Source: Candidatus Latescibacterota bacterium (GTDB lineage: Bacteria > Latescibacterota > UBA2968 > UBA8231). From it: a stretch of DNA of 64,000 nt. The stretch spans positions 7,232,001 through 7,296,000 of the forward strand of contig OZ244561.1 of NCBI GenBank assembly GCA_965217585.1. Reading direction: 5' to 3'. The notes beneath the pieces were generated by a model. It made no database searches. It was not told the DNA's origin and saw only the letters and a list, made by a program, of their open reading frames with translations. A program made the position numbers and the translations under genes. Shown one piece after another: positions 8,770-18,559 of this stretch; within the stretch, counting starts at the first letter, position 1; every line of letters begins with the position of its first letter.

Positions 8770-11700
8770 TCAACCGCCAAAATTATAGGAAACAGCCAGC
8801 TTCACTCGCCGACCCTTGGGGTCGTGGGTAAAGCCGTCGTACGCTTGTTCGATGTTGACCAGCGGCGGCATAGTGTCGAGCAGGTTCATCCCCGACAGCG
8901 CGATATTGACTCCCTCGGACAAGTCCCACAGCAAGCTCACATCCCAAGTGACGAACGATTCAATGGTACCGAATTCGTCTTTAATGGCCGCATTATCGGA
9001 GTTCATCGATCCCCGGTCCTCGTACGACGAAATGTAGTTCAAGAAGCTCACGAGGCGGTAGGCTTCCCAGTAATAGCCCGCCGACACCTGCCCCTTCAAC
9101 TTCGGTAGCGAGGTTGCAATGGGATTGCCAAAGTTCAGATAGCCAGCCGCGTCTGCCCCCTCTTGCAGCACCAAATCGCCGAGCATCAGGGCCTTCGTCC
9201 GGTACTCCAGCGTGTACGTAGCGTCCAAGTTGAGCGAAAATTCCCCCACTCCGGCGTCCGTGTGCCCGCCCAGATGCAAATCAATCCCCGAGGTCTTGAC
9301 CCCTGGCCAATTGATGATATCAACTTGCACCCGCTCCAGTTCGGAGGCTGCGCACGTGCCCTTGCCGATCCCGTCCGGGCAGACAATGAACTGCTTCAGG
9401 GCCTCATTATTGGCTTCATCGGCATATAAGGCGGTAATGGCCCCGTGCGGCATGGAGCCGATGACATCCTTGAAATCGTAGCTCCAGTAGTCAAACGTCG
9501 CATCAAAGCCCTCCTCGGTGACTAAGACAAAGCCCGCATTATAGGTAAAAGCCTGTTCGGGCTTGAGGTCCTTGCTGCCGATTCGGTCCACCGTTTGATA
9601 GGCACCCGTTTCATTGATCCACTCGAGCGTCGAAAGCGGGCTTTCATTCACATCGTCCAGCGATGGCGTGCGAAACGTCGTCTGTACCGAGCCGCGCAGA
9701 AACACGGATTGAGTCGGCGATTCCACTAGCTGGTAGCGCCACCCAAACTTGGGATCGAAACTGCTCGCCACATCGTGGAACTCGTAGTTGGCGGCGAGTT
9801 GGGTATCAAAGCGCGATCCCAAGCTCAGGGGAATCTCGGCAAAGACGCGATGCACCGTCTGCGATTCATCATACGGCCGATTCACATTGGTGAACGCATA
9901 GGGCCCGAACCTGTCCTCGGCTGAGCAGGTGTCATCACCCACCACCGGACAGGGGTTGATGGTCACGTCACCCTCGTCGTTGGGATCGCCGCTGGCATTG
10001 AGCAGGCGGAACTGGTAGCCGGCCGCGTAACTGGCGACGTCCTCGACCCAAGTTCCGCTCAGCGTCGCATCGGCGACCAGCAGATCCGCGGTACTCTGTA
10101 GATCGACTTCCTGATTGAGCCAGTGCCGCAACTCGGGGCTGTTGGCAAGGTTGGCGCGGTAATCGGGATTCGCTTGAGTTGCAAAATCCGCGCCATATTG
10201 ATCCGCGAACTCGATGGCATTGCCGAAGGGGTTGTAGTACTGGCAGTCGCCCTGACCCGCCACTTGGTCGTTGATTGGGCCGAGCCGCATCCCAGCAAGA
10301 GACGAAAGATCGGCATCCACGCCAACGTCGCAATCGGGTCCGCCAAAACCGCGGAAGCCGAGGAACAGCCGCTCGATGTACACCCCCGGCAGATTGTAGT
10401 TGCCCTCGGTGCGGGAATAGGACAGACCTAGATCAAAATGGGTCTCTCGATCACCGAGTGCCACAAAATCGCCATTGGCGGAAGCCGCCACGCGCCACGT
10501 GCGGGAGTCGCGGCCCAGTATGCGCCCAGGACCCGAGTTGCCAAATGGACGGCCATTGAGATACCAGTTATCGCCGCCTTGGCATTCGTTGTAGTACAGG
10601 TCGCCTTCCTCAGCGCCGTAGTCCGCACAGAATGCCTCCCGGCCTGGGTGGTTGGGCGCGACCTCCATGATGCTCGTATCTGTCAAGGGGAAGGGAGGGT
10701 ACGAAGGCGTGGTGTACCACTCGGGAATCTCAGCCTCGGCCCACAAGCCCTCAAGGTGATACTCCGTGCCATTATCCAGCGCACCGTTGATCTCGGTAAA
10801 AGCACGGATATGGCTCATGTCCTCGATCAGGTTCTCATACTGCTGATAGCGGAAGCGGCAAGTCCAAGATTCCCGAAAGCCGCCAAACTGCTCGCAACGC
10901 GGGGCGTGGATGGCAGCGGTCCAGGGGGCCGGAGCACCAACGGCGAAAGTGCCCGGGTTCCCCAAGCTCGACCATCCAAGGCGCTGCCCGCCGCCGTGCC
11001 ACGGCTGCAGCAGGTAGTCCCTCTCGGAGGCTGGCAACTTTTGCCGTCCCCTCCATTCCCCAGCAACAATCGCATGGGCACTGCCGAGTTTCCCACCCCA
11101 GATCGCGCCGGCGTTGGTATCGCCCGCACCAGCGAGATACTCGTGCGCGGCCGAGACCTCAAAACCCTCGAAGTCATCGCGCGTCAAGAAATTGGCAACA
11201 CCGGCCACTGCATCCGATCCATAGATGGCCGAGGCTCCCTCCTTGAGCACCTCGACGCGGTCAATGGCGATGGCGGGGATGGCATTTACATCGACAAAGC
11301 GCCCCCCGATCAAGCGCGCCGGGACATAGGTCTGGCGGCGGCTGTTGATCAACACCAGCGTCCGCGAGGCTCCTAGTCCGCGCAGGTTCACGTTAGCAAT
11401 GCTCTCGGAAAGAGTGGCGGCTTGGTTGGCGTTGTACCAACTGCTGCGCTCGCCGATCACCCCGTGGCTGGCGCTCAAGTTTTTGAAGAAATCAACCGCC
11501 TGCGGCGACCCTTGTTCGGCCATCTTGTCCCGGCCGGTCACCGCAACTGCGTAGGGCAAGTTGATGGGAGATTCCTTAAAGGCGGTACCGGTCACCACCA
11601 CTTCTTCCAATTCGACCGCCTTGGCCATCAGCTCCAGTTCGACGGTCGTGGTCTCTCCCGCGACGACTACGACGGTGGTGGCTGCGCTTTCGTAGCCGAT

Positions 11701-11940
11701 CAATTCGGCTGCGAGCAGATGCTCGCCAGCGGGGACATCGGCCATGGTGAAACGACCGTCCGCGTCCCATACCGCGCTCTTGTTCAACTCCGCGATATAG
11801 ACTTGGGCGAGATCCAGCATCGTCCCTTTCTCAGCATCGACGACAATGCCCATAATGGTACCCGTTGATTCGGCCTGAGCGTGGGCGGCGGGCAAGGCCA
11901 AAAGTAGGGTCAGAAAAATGCACTTGCTCCAGAGTTGCAT
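8770..11940 (-). CDS. TonB-dependent receptor with N-terminal carboxypeptidase-regulatory-like domain
   Basis: Signal peptide, GTIMGIVVDA domain, EEVVVTG, plug NLRGLGASRTLVLIN, EVLKEGASAIYGSDAVAGV, C-terminal YNF. Confidence 0.9.
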   Translation of the reverse strand: MQLWSKCIFLTLLLALPAAHAQAESTGTIMGIVVDAEKGTMLDLAQVYIAELNKSAVWDADGRFTMADVPAGEHLLAAELIGYESAATTVVVVAGETTTVELELMAKAVELEEVVVTGTAFKESPINLPYAVAVTGRDKMAEQGSPQAVDFFKNLSASHGVIGERSSWYNANQAATLSESIANVNLRGLGASRTLVLINSRRQTYVPARLIGGRFVDVNAIPAIAIDRVEVLKEGASAIYGSDAVAGVANFLTRDDFEGFEVSAAHEYLAGAGDTNAGAIWGGKLGSAHAIVAGEWRGRQKLPASERDYLLQPWHGGGQRLGWSSLGNPGTFAVGAPAPWTAAIHAPRCEQFGGFRESWTCRFRYQQYENLIEDMSHIRAFTEINGALDNGTEYHLEGLWAEAEIPEWYTTPSYPPFPLTDTSIMEVAPNHPGREAFCADYGAEEGDLYYNECQGGDNWYLNGRPFGNSGPGRILGRDSRTWRVAASANGDFVALGDRETHFDLGLSYSRTEGNYNLPGVYIERLFLGFRGFGGPDCDVGVDADLSSLAGMRLGPINDQVAGQGDCQYYNPFGNAIEFADQYGADFATQANPDYRANLANSPELRHWLNQEVDLQSTADLLVADATLSGTWVEDVASYAAGYQFRLLNASGDPNDEGDVTINPCPVVGDDTCSAEDRFGPYAFTNVNRPYDESQTVHRVFAEIPLSLGSRFDTQLAANYEFHDVASSFDPKFGWRYQLVESPTQSVFLRGSVQTTFRTPSLDDVNESPLSTLEWINETGAYQTVDRIGSKDLKPEQAFTYNAGFVLVTEEGFDATFDYWSYDFKDVIGSMPHGAITALYADEANNEALKQFIVCPDGIGKGTCAASELERVQVDIINWPGVKTSGIDLHLGGHTDAGVGEFSLNLDATYTLEYRTKALMLGDLVLQEGADAAGYLNFGNPIATSLPKLKGQVSAGYYWEAYRLVSFLNYISSYEDRGSMNSDNAAIKDEFGTIESFVTWDVSLLWDLSEGVNIALSGMNLLDTMPPLVNIEQAYDGFTHDPKGRRVKLAVSYNFGG

Positions 11941-12032
11941 AAGACCTCTCCTTTTTCTGGGTTGAGATGGGTTAAGATGTGTAAGGAACTAACGTTCAAT
12001 TTCGTGCAGATGGCTAATATCATACTACCATT

Positions 12033-12146
12033 TAGTGGCTCTGTCCAATGGCGAGGCGGGCTTTTTGGCCCATCTGGCAGCCAACCGCATTGGCTGGAAC
12101 TTCGACCGCATTGTCCCGGTTGAAGAAGTAAGTACCTTCAAGCCGC
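12033..12146 (+). repeat. Diverged 114-bp copy of an internal segment of the HAD gene (7386-7499)
   Basis: Ungapped alignment, about 11 mismatches by hand; encodes ALSNGEAGFLAHLAANRIGWNFDRIVPVEEVSTFKP. Confidence 0.9.
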
Positions 12147-12152
12147 CCCCTT

Positions 12153-12497
12153 TCACCGAGCCAATCTCTCCCGTAGCTGCTGGCCTGAGATCGTCCCGCT
12201 TAGAAACTGCAAAACACTGTAGTGAACCATCGACTCTAAGTGCAGGCCAAAAAGAACCCCTCTATGTAGAGCATCAGGAAGAAGTAGCCATGCAGATTGA
12301 TCGCCAATCCTGGGGAAGTCTATCGACTTATTTGGCCCAAAATAGCGTATCCCTAACGTGGGATGTTCCACATCATCTTCTCTCCATCCAAGAGCAACTA
12401 TTGCCCACTCCTGCTTGATGTGTTTATAGACCACAGCATAAGGACCACCAATGCGATTTCTCGGGTTCCTTACAGCCAAGACGGTCTCGTTGTCCAC
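12153..12497 (-). CDS. Hypothetical protein (114 aa)
   Basis: GTG start after GGGGGAGAG; AT-richer than the backbone; no recognised motif. Confidence 0.5.
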   Translation of the reverse strand: MDNETVLAVRNPRNRIGGPYAVVYKHIKQEWAIVALGWREDDVEHPTLGIRYFGPNKSIDFPRIGDQSAWLLLPDALHRGVLFGLHLESMVHYSVLQFLSGTISGQQLRERLAR

Positions 12498-12641
12498 GGT
12501 ACTCTCCCCCCATTGAAGGGTCGAGCGGACCTCGATAGCGGCAGCGGCGACCGCGGCCGGGACGGGTGTGAGGTCTATGTATTCCGGCCGACGGTCGCTC
12601 CCCCGAAGTCGTCCGCACGGCGCAAAAGCCGTCCATGAGCA

Positions 12642-12920
12642 TCAAACCGCCTCGGCGGCGACCTGCGCTTCTTGGATCGAGCCATACCCGTCGCCTTGAG
12701 CTATTTCCTCACCGCCGCGATAGACCGCAAACCAATAGCGCGGCTGGGGCGTCTGCCCATCGTCGCCGGCGACCAAGTGCTTGCCCTCTTCGCCATGACA
12801 GAACCAGCGCCCCGTCGCTTGTTTCCTTTTCCAGCACCCGCTCGGCTCTTGAGGGCGTGGCGCGTCTTGCATTGGCTCGCCGTCTTTTCTGTTCGATCCC
12901 GCCGTCTCAGTTCCGCTCAA
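12642..12920 (-). CDS. Small hypothetical protein
   Basis: Protein-like ORF (...RYWFAVYRGGEEIAQGDGYGSIQEAQVAAEAV); start uncertain. Confidence 0.35.
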   Translation of the reverse strand: MSGTETAGSNRKDGEPMQDAPRPQEPSGCWKRKQATGRWFCHGEEGKHLVAGDDGQTPQPRYWFAVYRGGEEIAQGDGYGSIQEAQVAAEAV

Positions 12921-13028
12921 TGTGAAGGCGCTGATTGGGGCGGCGGCTCTGGCGGAGACGATTCCACATTGAAATCATTCAAGTTGGTTGGAAACACATG
13001 ACTTATCGTTTTATATTAGCGATATATG

Positions 13029-13099
13029 AGTAACTTATAAGTAACTCTTAAGGCTTTTCTTATAACTTTTTGGTGATTTTTTGCCCAATATGGTATAAT
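13029..13099 (+). promoter_or_regulatory. AT-rich promoter with extended -10 and 11-bp-period direct repeats
   Basis: AGTAACT at 13029 and 13040; TGGTATAAT at 13091-13099. Confidence 0.5.
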
Positions 13100-13191
13100 T
13101 GACCCGGCTGGGTCTATGGTGCCTCGAATCCCGTGCCGCGTCCAGCCGGAACCTGACGACCCTGGATCCCGCATTCCGATGGAGTGATGAG

Positions 13192-15594
13192 TTGAAAAAC
13201 GACGAGCGTGACCAACAAATAGAGGCGCTGCGCAACCGCCTCTCCAAACTGAGCGAGGCCAGCCTGCGCATCAACGAGAGCCTCGATCTCGACGCGGTAT
13301 TGCAGGGGATCCTGGACAGCGCCCGGTCGCTGACCGAAGCCCGTTACGGCATGATCGCCACCCTGGACGATTCAGGACAGGTGGACGCCTTCCTGGCCTC
13401 CGGCCTGACGGCCGAGGAGAGCCAGCAGTTATGGGAGATGCCCGAAGGGCTGAAGCTCTTCGAATACCTAAGCAACCTTCCGGAACCGCTGAGAGTCCGG
13501 GACTTTGCCAAGTACACTAGATCGCGGGGCCTGCCCGAGTTCCGCCCGCCCGCTGGGATAAGCGTAAGCGCCTGCCTGGGAGCCCCGATTCGCCACCGGG
13601 GCGAAGCCGTGGGCAACATCTATCTCGCCAAGAGGGAACCCGGACAGGAGTTCACCCGCGAAGACGAAGAGACCTTGGTCATGTTCGCGTCCCAGGCGGC
13701 GCTGGTCATCTCCAACGCCCGCAGGTACCGCGACGAGCAGCGGGCCAGAGCCGACCTGGAAACGCTGATCAATACCTCACCCGTGGGCGTGGTGGTCTTC
13801 GACGCCCGGACCGGCGTGCCAGTGTCCCTCAACCGGGAGTCCAGAAGGATTATAGGAGACCTGCAGACGCCGGGATGCTCCGTGGAGGAACTCCTCGACG
13901 TACTCACTTTCCGGCGTGCGGATGGACGCGAGATCGCTCTGGACGAGTTCCCCCTCGCGCAGGCGTTGAGCACCGGCGAGATCGTCCGCGCCGAGGAGAT
14001 CGTCATCCAGGTCCCCGACGGCCGATCGGTGACCACGGTAATCAACGCCATGCCCATCCGTTCGGAAGACGGCCAGATCGAGTCGGTCGTCGTCACGCTA
14101 CAGGATATGACACCGCTGGAGGAGCTAGAGAAGTTGCGGGCCGAGTTCCTGGGGATGGTGAGCCACGAGTTGCGTGTCCCGCTGACCTCCATTAGAGGCT
14201 CCGCAGCCGCCCTGCTGGACGCCTCCTCCGACCTGGACCCCGCCGAGTTGCGCCAGTTCCTCCAGATTATCGTCGATCAGGTCAACCACATGCGCGAGCT
14301 GATCGGCGACCTGCTCGACGTGGCGCGCATCGAGACGGGCACGCTGCCGGTTAGTCCCGAACCAGCGGAGGTCGCCAGCTTGGTGGATCGGGCTAGGAAC
14401 ACCTTCCTAAGCGGCGGCGGCAGGAACAACCTCGACCTCGACCTCGCGCCGGACCTGCCCCTGGTCATGGCAGACCGACAGCGCATCGTCCAGGTCCTGG
14501 GCAACCTCCTGTCCAACGCGGCAAGGCACTCGCTGGAGTCGTCCGTCATCCGGGTGACGGCCGTGCGGGAGGACCTCCACGTAGCGGTCTCCGTCGCCGA
14601 CGAGGGCAGAGGGATCTCCGCCGAGCGGTTGCCGCACCTGTTCAGGAAGTTCTCCCGCACCGACGGCGAGGGCGGGGAACGCGCAATCGGTGGTTCGGGT
14701 CTTGGCCTTGCCATCTGCAAGGGGATCGTGGAGGCGCAGGGGGGCCGCATCTGGGCTGAGAGCGACGGGCCCGGACGGGGCGCGCGGTTCACCTTCACCA
14801 TACCGGTGGTCGCAGAGGTCGGGACCGGTCCAGCAACCCAGGCCCCTCGGCGCGCCGCCCGTTCGCAGCAGGCGGCGAGAGAGGGTGACCGCATTCTGGT
14901 GGTGGACGACGACCCGCAGGCTCTGAGGTACATCCGGGACGCGCTCGCGGAGGTGGGCTTCACGCCGATAGTGACCCCTGACCCCCAGGAGGCGCTCCTT
15001 CTCACGGAGGAGAAAAGGCCCCACCTGATCTTGCTCGACCTAGTGCTGCCCGACGCCGACGGAATCAACCTGATGAAGGACCTCCTCCGCATGGCCGACG
15101 TGCCGGTCCTCTTCGTCTCTGGGTACGGCCAGGATCAGGTCATCGCACAGGCCTTCGAGCAGGGGGCCGCCGACTACATCGTCAAGCCCTTCTCACCGAC
15201 GGAGTTGGTAGCGAGGGTCCGGGCGGCCCTGCGCCGGCAGGCGGCTCCGTACTGGGGCGAGCCGTCGGAACCCTACGTGCTAGGCGACCTGACCATTGAC
15301 TACGCCGAACGCCGCGTGACGGTTGCCGGCCGGCCGGTACCGTTGACCGCCACCGAGTACAAACTACTCTTCGAGCTTTCGGTCAACGACGGACGGGTGT
15401 TGACTCACGACCAGTTGCTGCGAAGGGTCTGGGGCCCGAAGAACTTCGGCGATGTGCGGGTGATCCGCACCCTCGTTGGGAAACTCCGCCGCAAGCTGGA
15501 CGACGACGCGAGCAGCCCCACGTACCTCTTTGCCGAGCCGCGCGTCGGCTACCGGATGCCGAAAGGACAGGAACCGGAACAAGGGACGGAGTGA
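13192..15594 (+). CDS. Hybrid sensor kinase-response regulator (GAF-PAS-HisKA-HATPase-REC-OmpR-type winged helix)
   Basis: SHELRVPL H-box, NLLSNA, DEGRG, GSGLGLAI, VVDDD, LLDL, KPFS, KdpE-like C-terminus EPRVGYRM; likely TTG start at 13192 after GGAG. Confidence 0.9.
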   Translation: MKNDERDQQIEALRNRLSKLSEASLRINESLDLDAVLQGILDSARSLTEARYGMIATLDDSGQVDAFLASGLTAEESQQLWEMPEGLKLFEYLSNLPEPLRVRDFAKYTRSRGLPEFRPPAGISVSACLGAPIRHRGEAVGNIYLAKREPGQEFTREDEETLVMFASQAALVISNARRYRDEQRARADLETLINTSPVGVVVFDARTGVPVSLNRESRRIIGDLQTPGCSVEELLDVLTFRRADGREIALDEFPLAQALSTGEIVRAEEIVIQVPDGRSVTTVINAMPIRSEDGQIESVVVTLQDMTPLEELEKLRAEFLGMVSHELRVPLTSIRGSAAALLDASSDLDPAELRQFLQIIVDQVNHMRELIGDLLDVARIETGTLPVSPEPAEVASLVDRARNTFLSGGGRNNLDLDLAPDLPLVMADRQRIVQVLGNLLSNAARHSLESSVIRVTAVREDLHVAVSVADEGRGISAERLPHLFRKFSRTDGEGGERAIGGSGLGLAICKGIVEAQGGRIWAESDGPGRGARFTFTIPVVAEVGTGPATQAPRRAARSQQAAREGDRILVVDDDPQALRYIRDALAEVGFTPIVTPDPQEALLLTEEKRPHLILLDLVLPDADGINLMKDLLRMADVPVLFVSGYGQDQVIAQAFEQGAADYIVKPFSPTELVARVRAALRRQAAPYWGEPSEPYVLGDLTIDYAERRVTVAGRPVPLTATEYKLLFELSVNDGRVLTHDQLLRRVWGPKNFGDVRVIRTLVGKLRRKLDDDASSPTYLFAEPRVGYRMPKGQEPEQGTE

Positions 15595-15766
15595 TCGCGG
15601 CGGCCTTGCGTCTTACCACCGCTCCAGTCTCCCCTTCGACATCAAGCGACCCGGTGCTGCGTCCAGTTGAAATTTCTTGGATGCCTTGTCCCTTTATCAG
15701 AGGACTGAAATTTTCAAAGTGACGCACTACCCGGCTATACTATCATTCTTTAGGGAACGAATATTG

Positions 15767-17752
15767 ATGAGGTCGATAATCGGATGTCTCATGGGGCTAA
15801 TCTTGGGTACCGGTGCCAGCGCCGAGTCGCTGGTCGAGGGACGGGTACGGCTGGCTTCGGGGCAACCGGTCGGCGGCGCGCAAGTGCGGCTGTTTGCTGC
15901 GACCGATCTGAGCCGCTCGGTCCGCACTACCACCGATGAGAACGGCTATTTCGCCCTGCCCCTAGCGGCATTGAGTACGACCGCTCTGCCGCAACAGTTT
16001 TACTTAGGACAGAATTACCCCAACCCGTTCAATCCTTCCACGCTCATTCCCTATCGACTGCCGGTCTCGACCCATGTGCGGCTGGAGGTGTTCAACATCC
16101 TAGGTCAGCGCATGGCGACGTTGGTGGATGCGGAGCAGCCAGCGGGCTTTCACACGGCGACTTGGGATGGTACGGATGCGGCAGGGCGTGGCGTCGCGGC
16201 AGGATTGTATCTCTACCGGCTAGTTGGCGATGGGGTCCGTTTAACTCGGTCGATGGTGCTGCTCGACGGGGCGGTTGGAGCCGCTGCTGAGGGACCGGTA
16301 AGAGCGGAGCCACTGGGAGCAGAGCAGATATATGGGTTGACCGTTTCGGGCCAAGCACTGATCGCCTACGCAGACCCAGCCTTCCGGGTGAGTGCTGACG
16401 GAGCGCCCGTCGAGATCGTGGTCGAAGTAATCGCGAGCGTTCCCCAGGATACGGTGGCGATGAGCAGGCTGTTGGGCGATCTCGATAACAACGGCCGCGT
16501 CGATCGGGCCGATGCGCTGCTGGTCGCCCTGTACAGCGAAGACCCCTCCATCGCTCTGCCCAATAACGGCGATATATCCTTGGGCGATGTCAGCCAAGAC
16601 GGGCAGATTGACCTAGCCGACGCCCAACTCATCGAGACCTACAGCGTCGATCCGTCCGACCCATCGCTACCTATGGAGATCGGCAAGTCGGTAGATCCTC
16701 CACCACCGCTACCACCACCCGAGGATCCACGCCTGACGCAGCTCAAGCTGCCGGAAGGGTTCCACATCCGCGTGTATGCCGAAGGAGTAACCGGTGCTCG
16801 CTCACTGAGCCTCAGCCCAGATGGCACCCTGTTCGTCGGCACCCGATCCAACGGTCGCGTGTACGCGCTGCGCGACGAAGACGGCGACCACAAGGCAGAG
16901 CGAGTCATCATCCTCGCCAGCGGTCTAAATAGACCCAACGGCGTCGCCTTCAAGGACGGCGACCTGTACGTAGCTGAAATCAGCCGCATCCTGCGCTATC
17001 GCGACATCGAAGCACACCTCGACAACCCACCGCAGCCGGAGATCGTCAACGACACTTTCCCGACAGACCGCTCCCACGGCTGGAAGTTCATCCGCTTTGG
17101 CCCGGACGGTTTGCTATACGTACCGGTCGGCGCGCCGTGCAACATCTGCGCTTCCCCCGATCCGTACGCGTCAATCGGCAGGTTGGATCCCTCCACCGGT
17201 GACTTCGAGGTCGTAGCACGGGGCGTGCGCAATTCCGTTGGCTTCGACTGGCACCCGGAAACAGGGGAAATGTGGTTCACGGAAAACGGCAGAGACTGGC
17301 TAGGCGACGACATGCCGCCAGACGAACTGAACCGAGTAACTGCCGCTGGGCAGCACTTCGGCTATCCCTACTGCCACGGCACCGACATCGCCGATCCAGA
17401 GTTCGGCGCTCAGCGCGGCTGCGACGAGTTCGTCCCGCCAGTCCAAGAACTCGGCCCGCACGTAGCAGCCCTAGGGATGCGCTTTTACAGTGGCAACATG
17501 TTTCCAGCGGAATACCGCAATCAAATCTTCATCGCCGAACACGGCTCCTGGAACCGCACCCGCAAGATCGGCTACCGCCTCACCCTAGTGCGCTTGGCTG
17601 CCGATGGGGCGGTCAGCTACGCGCCGTTCGCCGAAGGCTGGCTGCAGGGAGAGTCAAACTGGGGCCGACCAGTTGACGTTCTCGTGATGCCCGACGGTTC
17701 ACTGCTGGTCTCGGACGATCAGGCCGGTCTGATCTATCGGATTAGTTACTAA
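15767..17752 (+). CDS. Secreted multidomain protein: FlgD-like Ig, dockerin-like, Pro linker, sorbosone/PQQ sugar dehydrogenase beta-propeller
   Basis: Signal peptide, QNYPNPFNP, GDLDNNGRVD/GDVSQDGQID, PPPPLPPP, HGWKFIRFGPDG, VGAPCN, GVRNSVG, EHGSWNR, GRPVD. Confidence 0.85.
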   Translation: MRSIIGCLMGLILGTGASAESLVEGRVRLASGQPVGGAQVRLFAATDLSRSVRTTTDENGYFALPLAALSTTALPQQFYLGQNYPNPFNPSTLIPYRLPVSTHVRLEVFNILGQRMATLVDAEQPAGFHTATWDGTDAAGRGVAAGLYLYRLVGDGVRLTRSMVLLDGAVGAAAEGPVRAEPLGAEQIYGLTVSGQALIAYADPAFRVSADGAPVEIVVEVIASVPQDTVAMSRLLGDLDNNGRVDRADALLVALYSEDPSIALPNNGDISLGDVSQDGQIDLADAQLIETYSVDPSDPSLPMEIGKSVDPPPPLPPPEDPRLTQLKLPEGFHIRVYAEGVTGARSLSLSPDGTLFVGTRSNGRVYALRDEDGDHKAERVIILASGLNRPNGVAFKDGDLYVAEISRILRYRDIEAHLDNPPQPEIVNDTFPTDRSHGWKFIRFGPDGLLYVPVGAPCNICASPDPYASIGRLDPSTGDFEVVARGVRNSVGFDWHPETGEMWFTENGRDWLGDDMPPDELNRVTAAGQHFGYPYCHGTDIADPEFGAQRGCDEFVPPVQELGPHVAALGMRFYSGNMFPAEYRNQIFIAEHGSWNRTRKIGYRLTLVRLAADGAVSYAPFAEGWLQGESNWGRPVDVLVMPDGSLLVSDDQAGLIYRISY

Positions 17753-18549
17753 GACCGCGCATACAACGCCTCGAAGCGGTCTTTGGCCTCCCACCCCAAG
17801 AGATGCTTGGCCTTGTCGGGCCGGTACTTGTCGTGCGGCAGCCGCGCACAGATAAAGAAATTCTCATACGGCGACGGCATCTCGGGTGCCCGCAACCCAT
17901 ACAAAAACGCCTCCCCTGTGTCCTCCCACGAAGTCACGTAGGGATGTACGCCACTTCCCTGTTCCTCGGGCAGCACTTCCCGCGGGCGAAAATGCGTATA
18001 GACAAAGGAGATTACCTCCAAGCCCTCGCGCTCGGCAAACACGCGCGTAATGTGCCCCCCGAGATACTTGCTCAGCGCGTAGAGATCGTCGCCTGGATGC
18101 AGCGGGATGTCGGCTTCCACTTGGAAGTCGTGCCAATAGTCGGCGTTGTGGTTCAGGGAGGTGTGAAAAGGCCCGGTGTGGATCAGCCTTTTTATCCCGC
18201 AGGCCACGCAGGCTTTGGCCACGTTGTACGCGCCGACCATGTTGACTTGGAAGGCCAGCACGGGATGCGGCCGGACGACGGATACGTTGATCGCCGCGTC
18301 CATGCCCTCACAGGCGGCCAACACTTGCGCGTAGTCGGTAATATCGACGACCCGATTTTCGTGCGGCGGCCCCAACACCTCCGGGATCGGTGCCCGGGGG
18401 CTCTGCGGCGGTGCGGCCGCTACCTCCGTCATCGGCCGGAGGTCGGTCACCCGCAACGTATAGTGGTCTTTGAGCGCGGCAATCGCCGACGCTCCAACCG
18501 GGCCACCCGCCCCAAACAGCACCACCTTGCCTTCGTTCACCGTTGCCAT
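17749..18549 (-). CDS. NAD-dependent epimerase/dehydratase family
   Basis: GAGGPVG Rossmann motif, YALSK. Confidence 0.8.
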   Translation of the reverse strand: MATVNEGKVVLFGAGGPVGASAIAALKDHYTLRVTDLRPMTEVAAAPPQSPRAPIPEVLGPPHENRVVDITDYAQVLAACEGMDAAINVSVVRPHPVLAFQVNMVGAYNVAKACVACGIKRLIHTGPFHTSLNHNADYWHDFQVEADIPLHPGDDLYALSKYLGGHITRVFAEREGLEVISFVYTHFRPREVLPEEQGSGVHPYVTSWEDTGEAFLYGLRAPEMPSPYENFFICARLPHDKYRPDKAKHLLGWEAKDRFEALYARS

Positions 18550-18559
18550 AATACCTCCC

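Noticed and set aside
12976-12990. 15-bp reverse-complement match (CCAACCAACTTGAAT) to 51485-51499
   Set aside because: A few matches of this length are expected by chance in 64 kb, and there is no shared context.
15667-15717. Imperfect inverted repeat TTGAAATTTC...GAAATTTTCAA upstream of the FlgD protein
   Set aside because: Imperfect, AT-rich and without recognisable riboswitch features.
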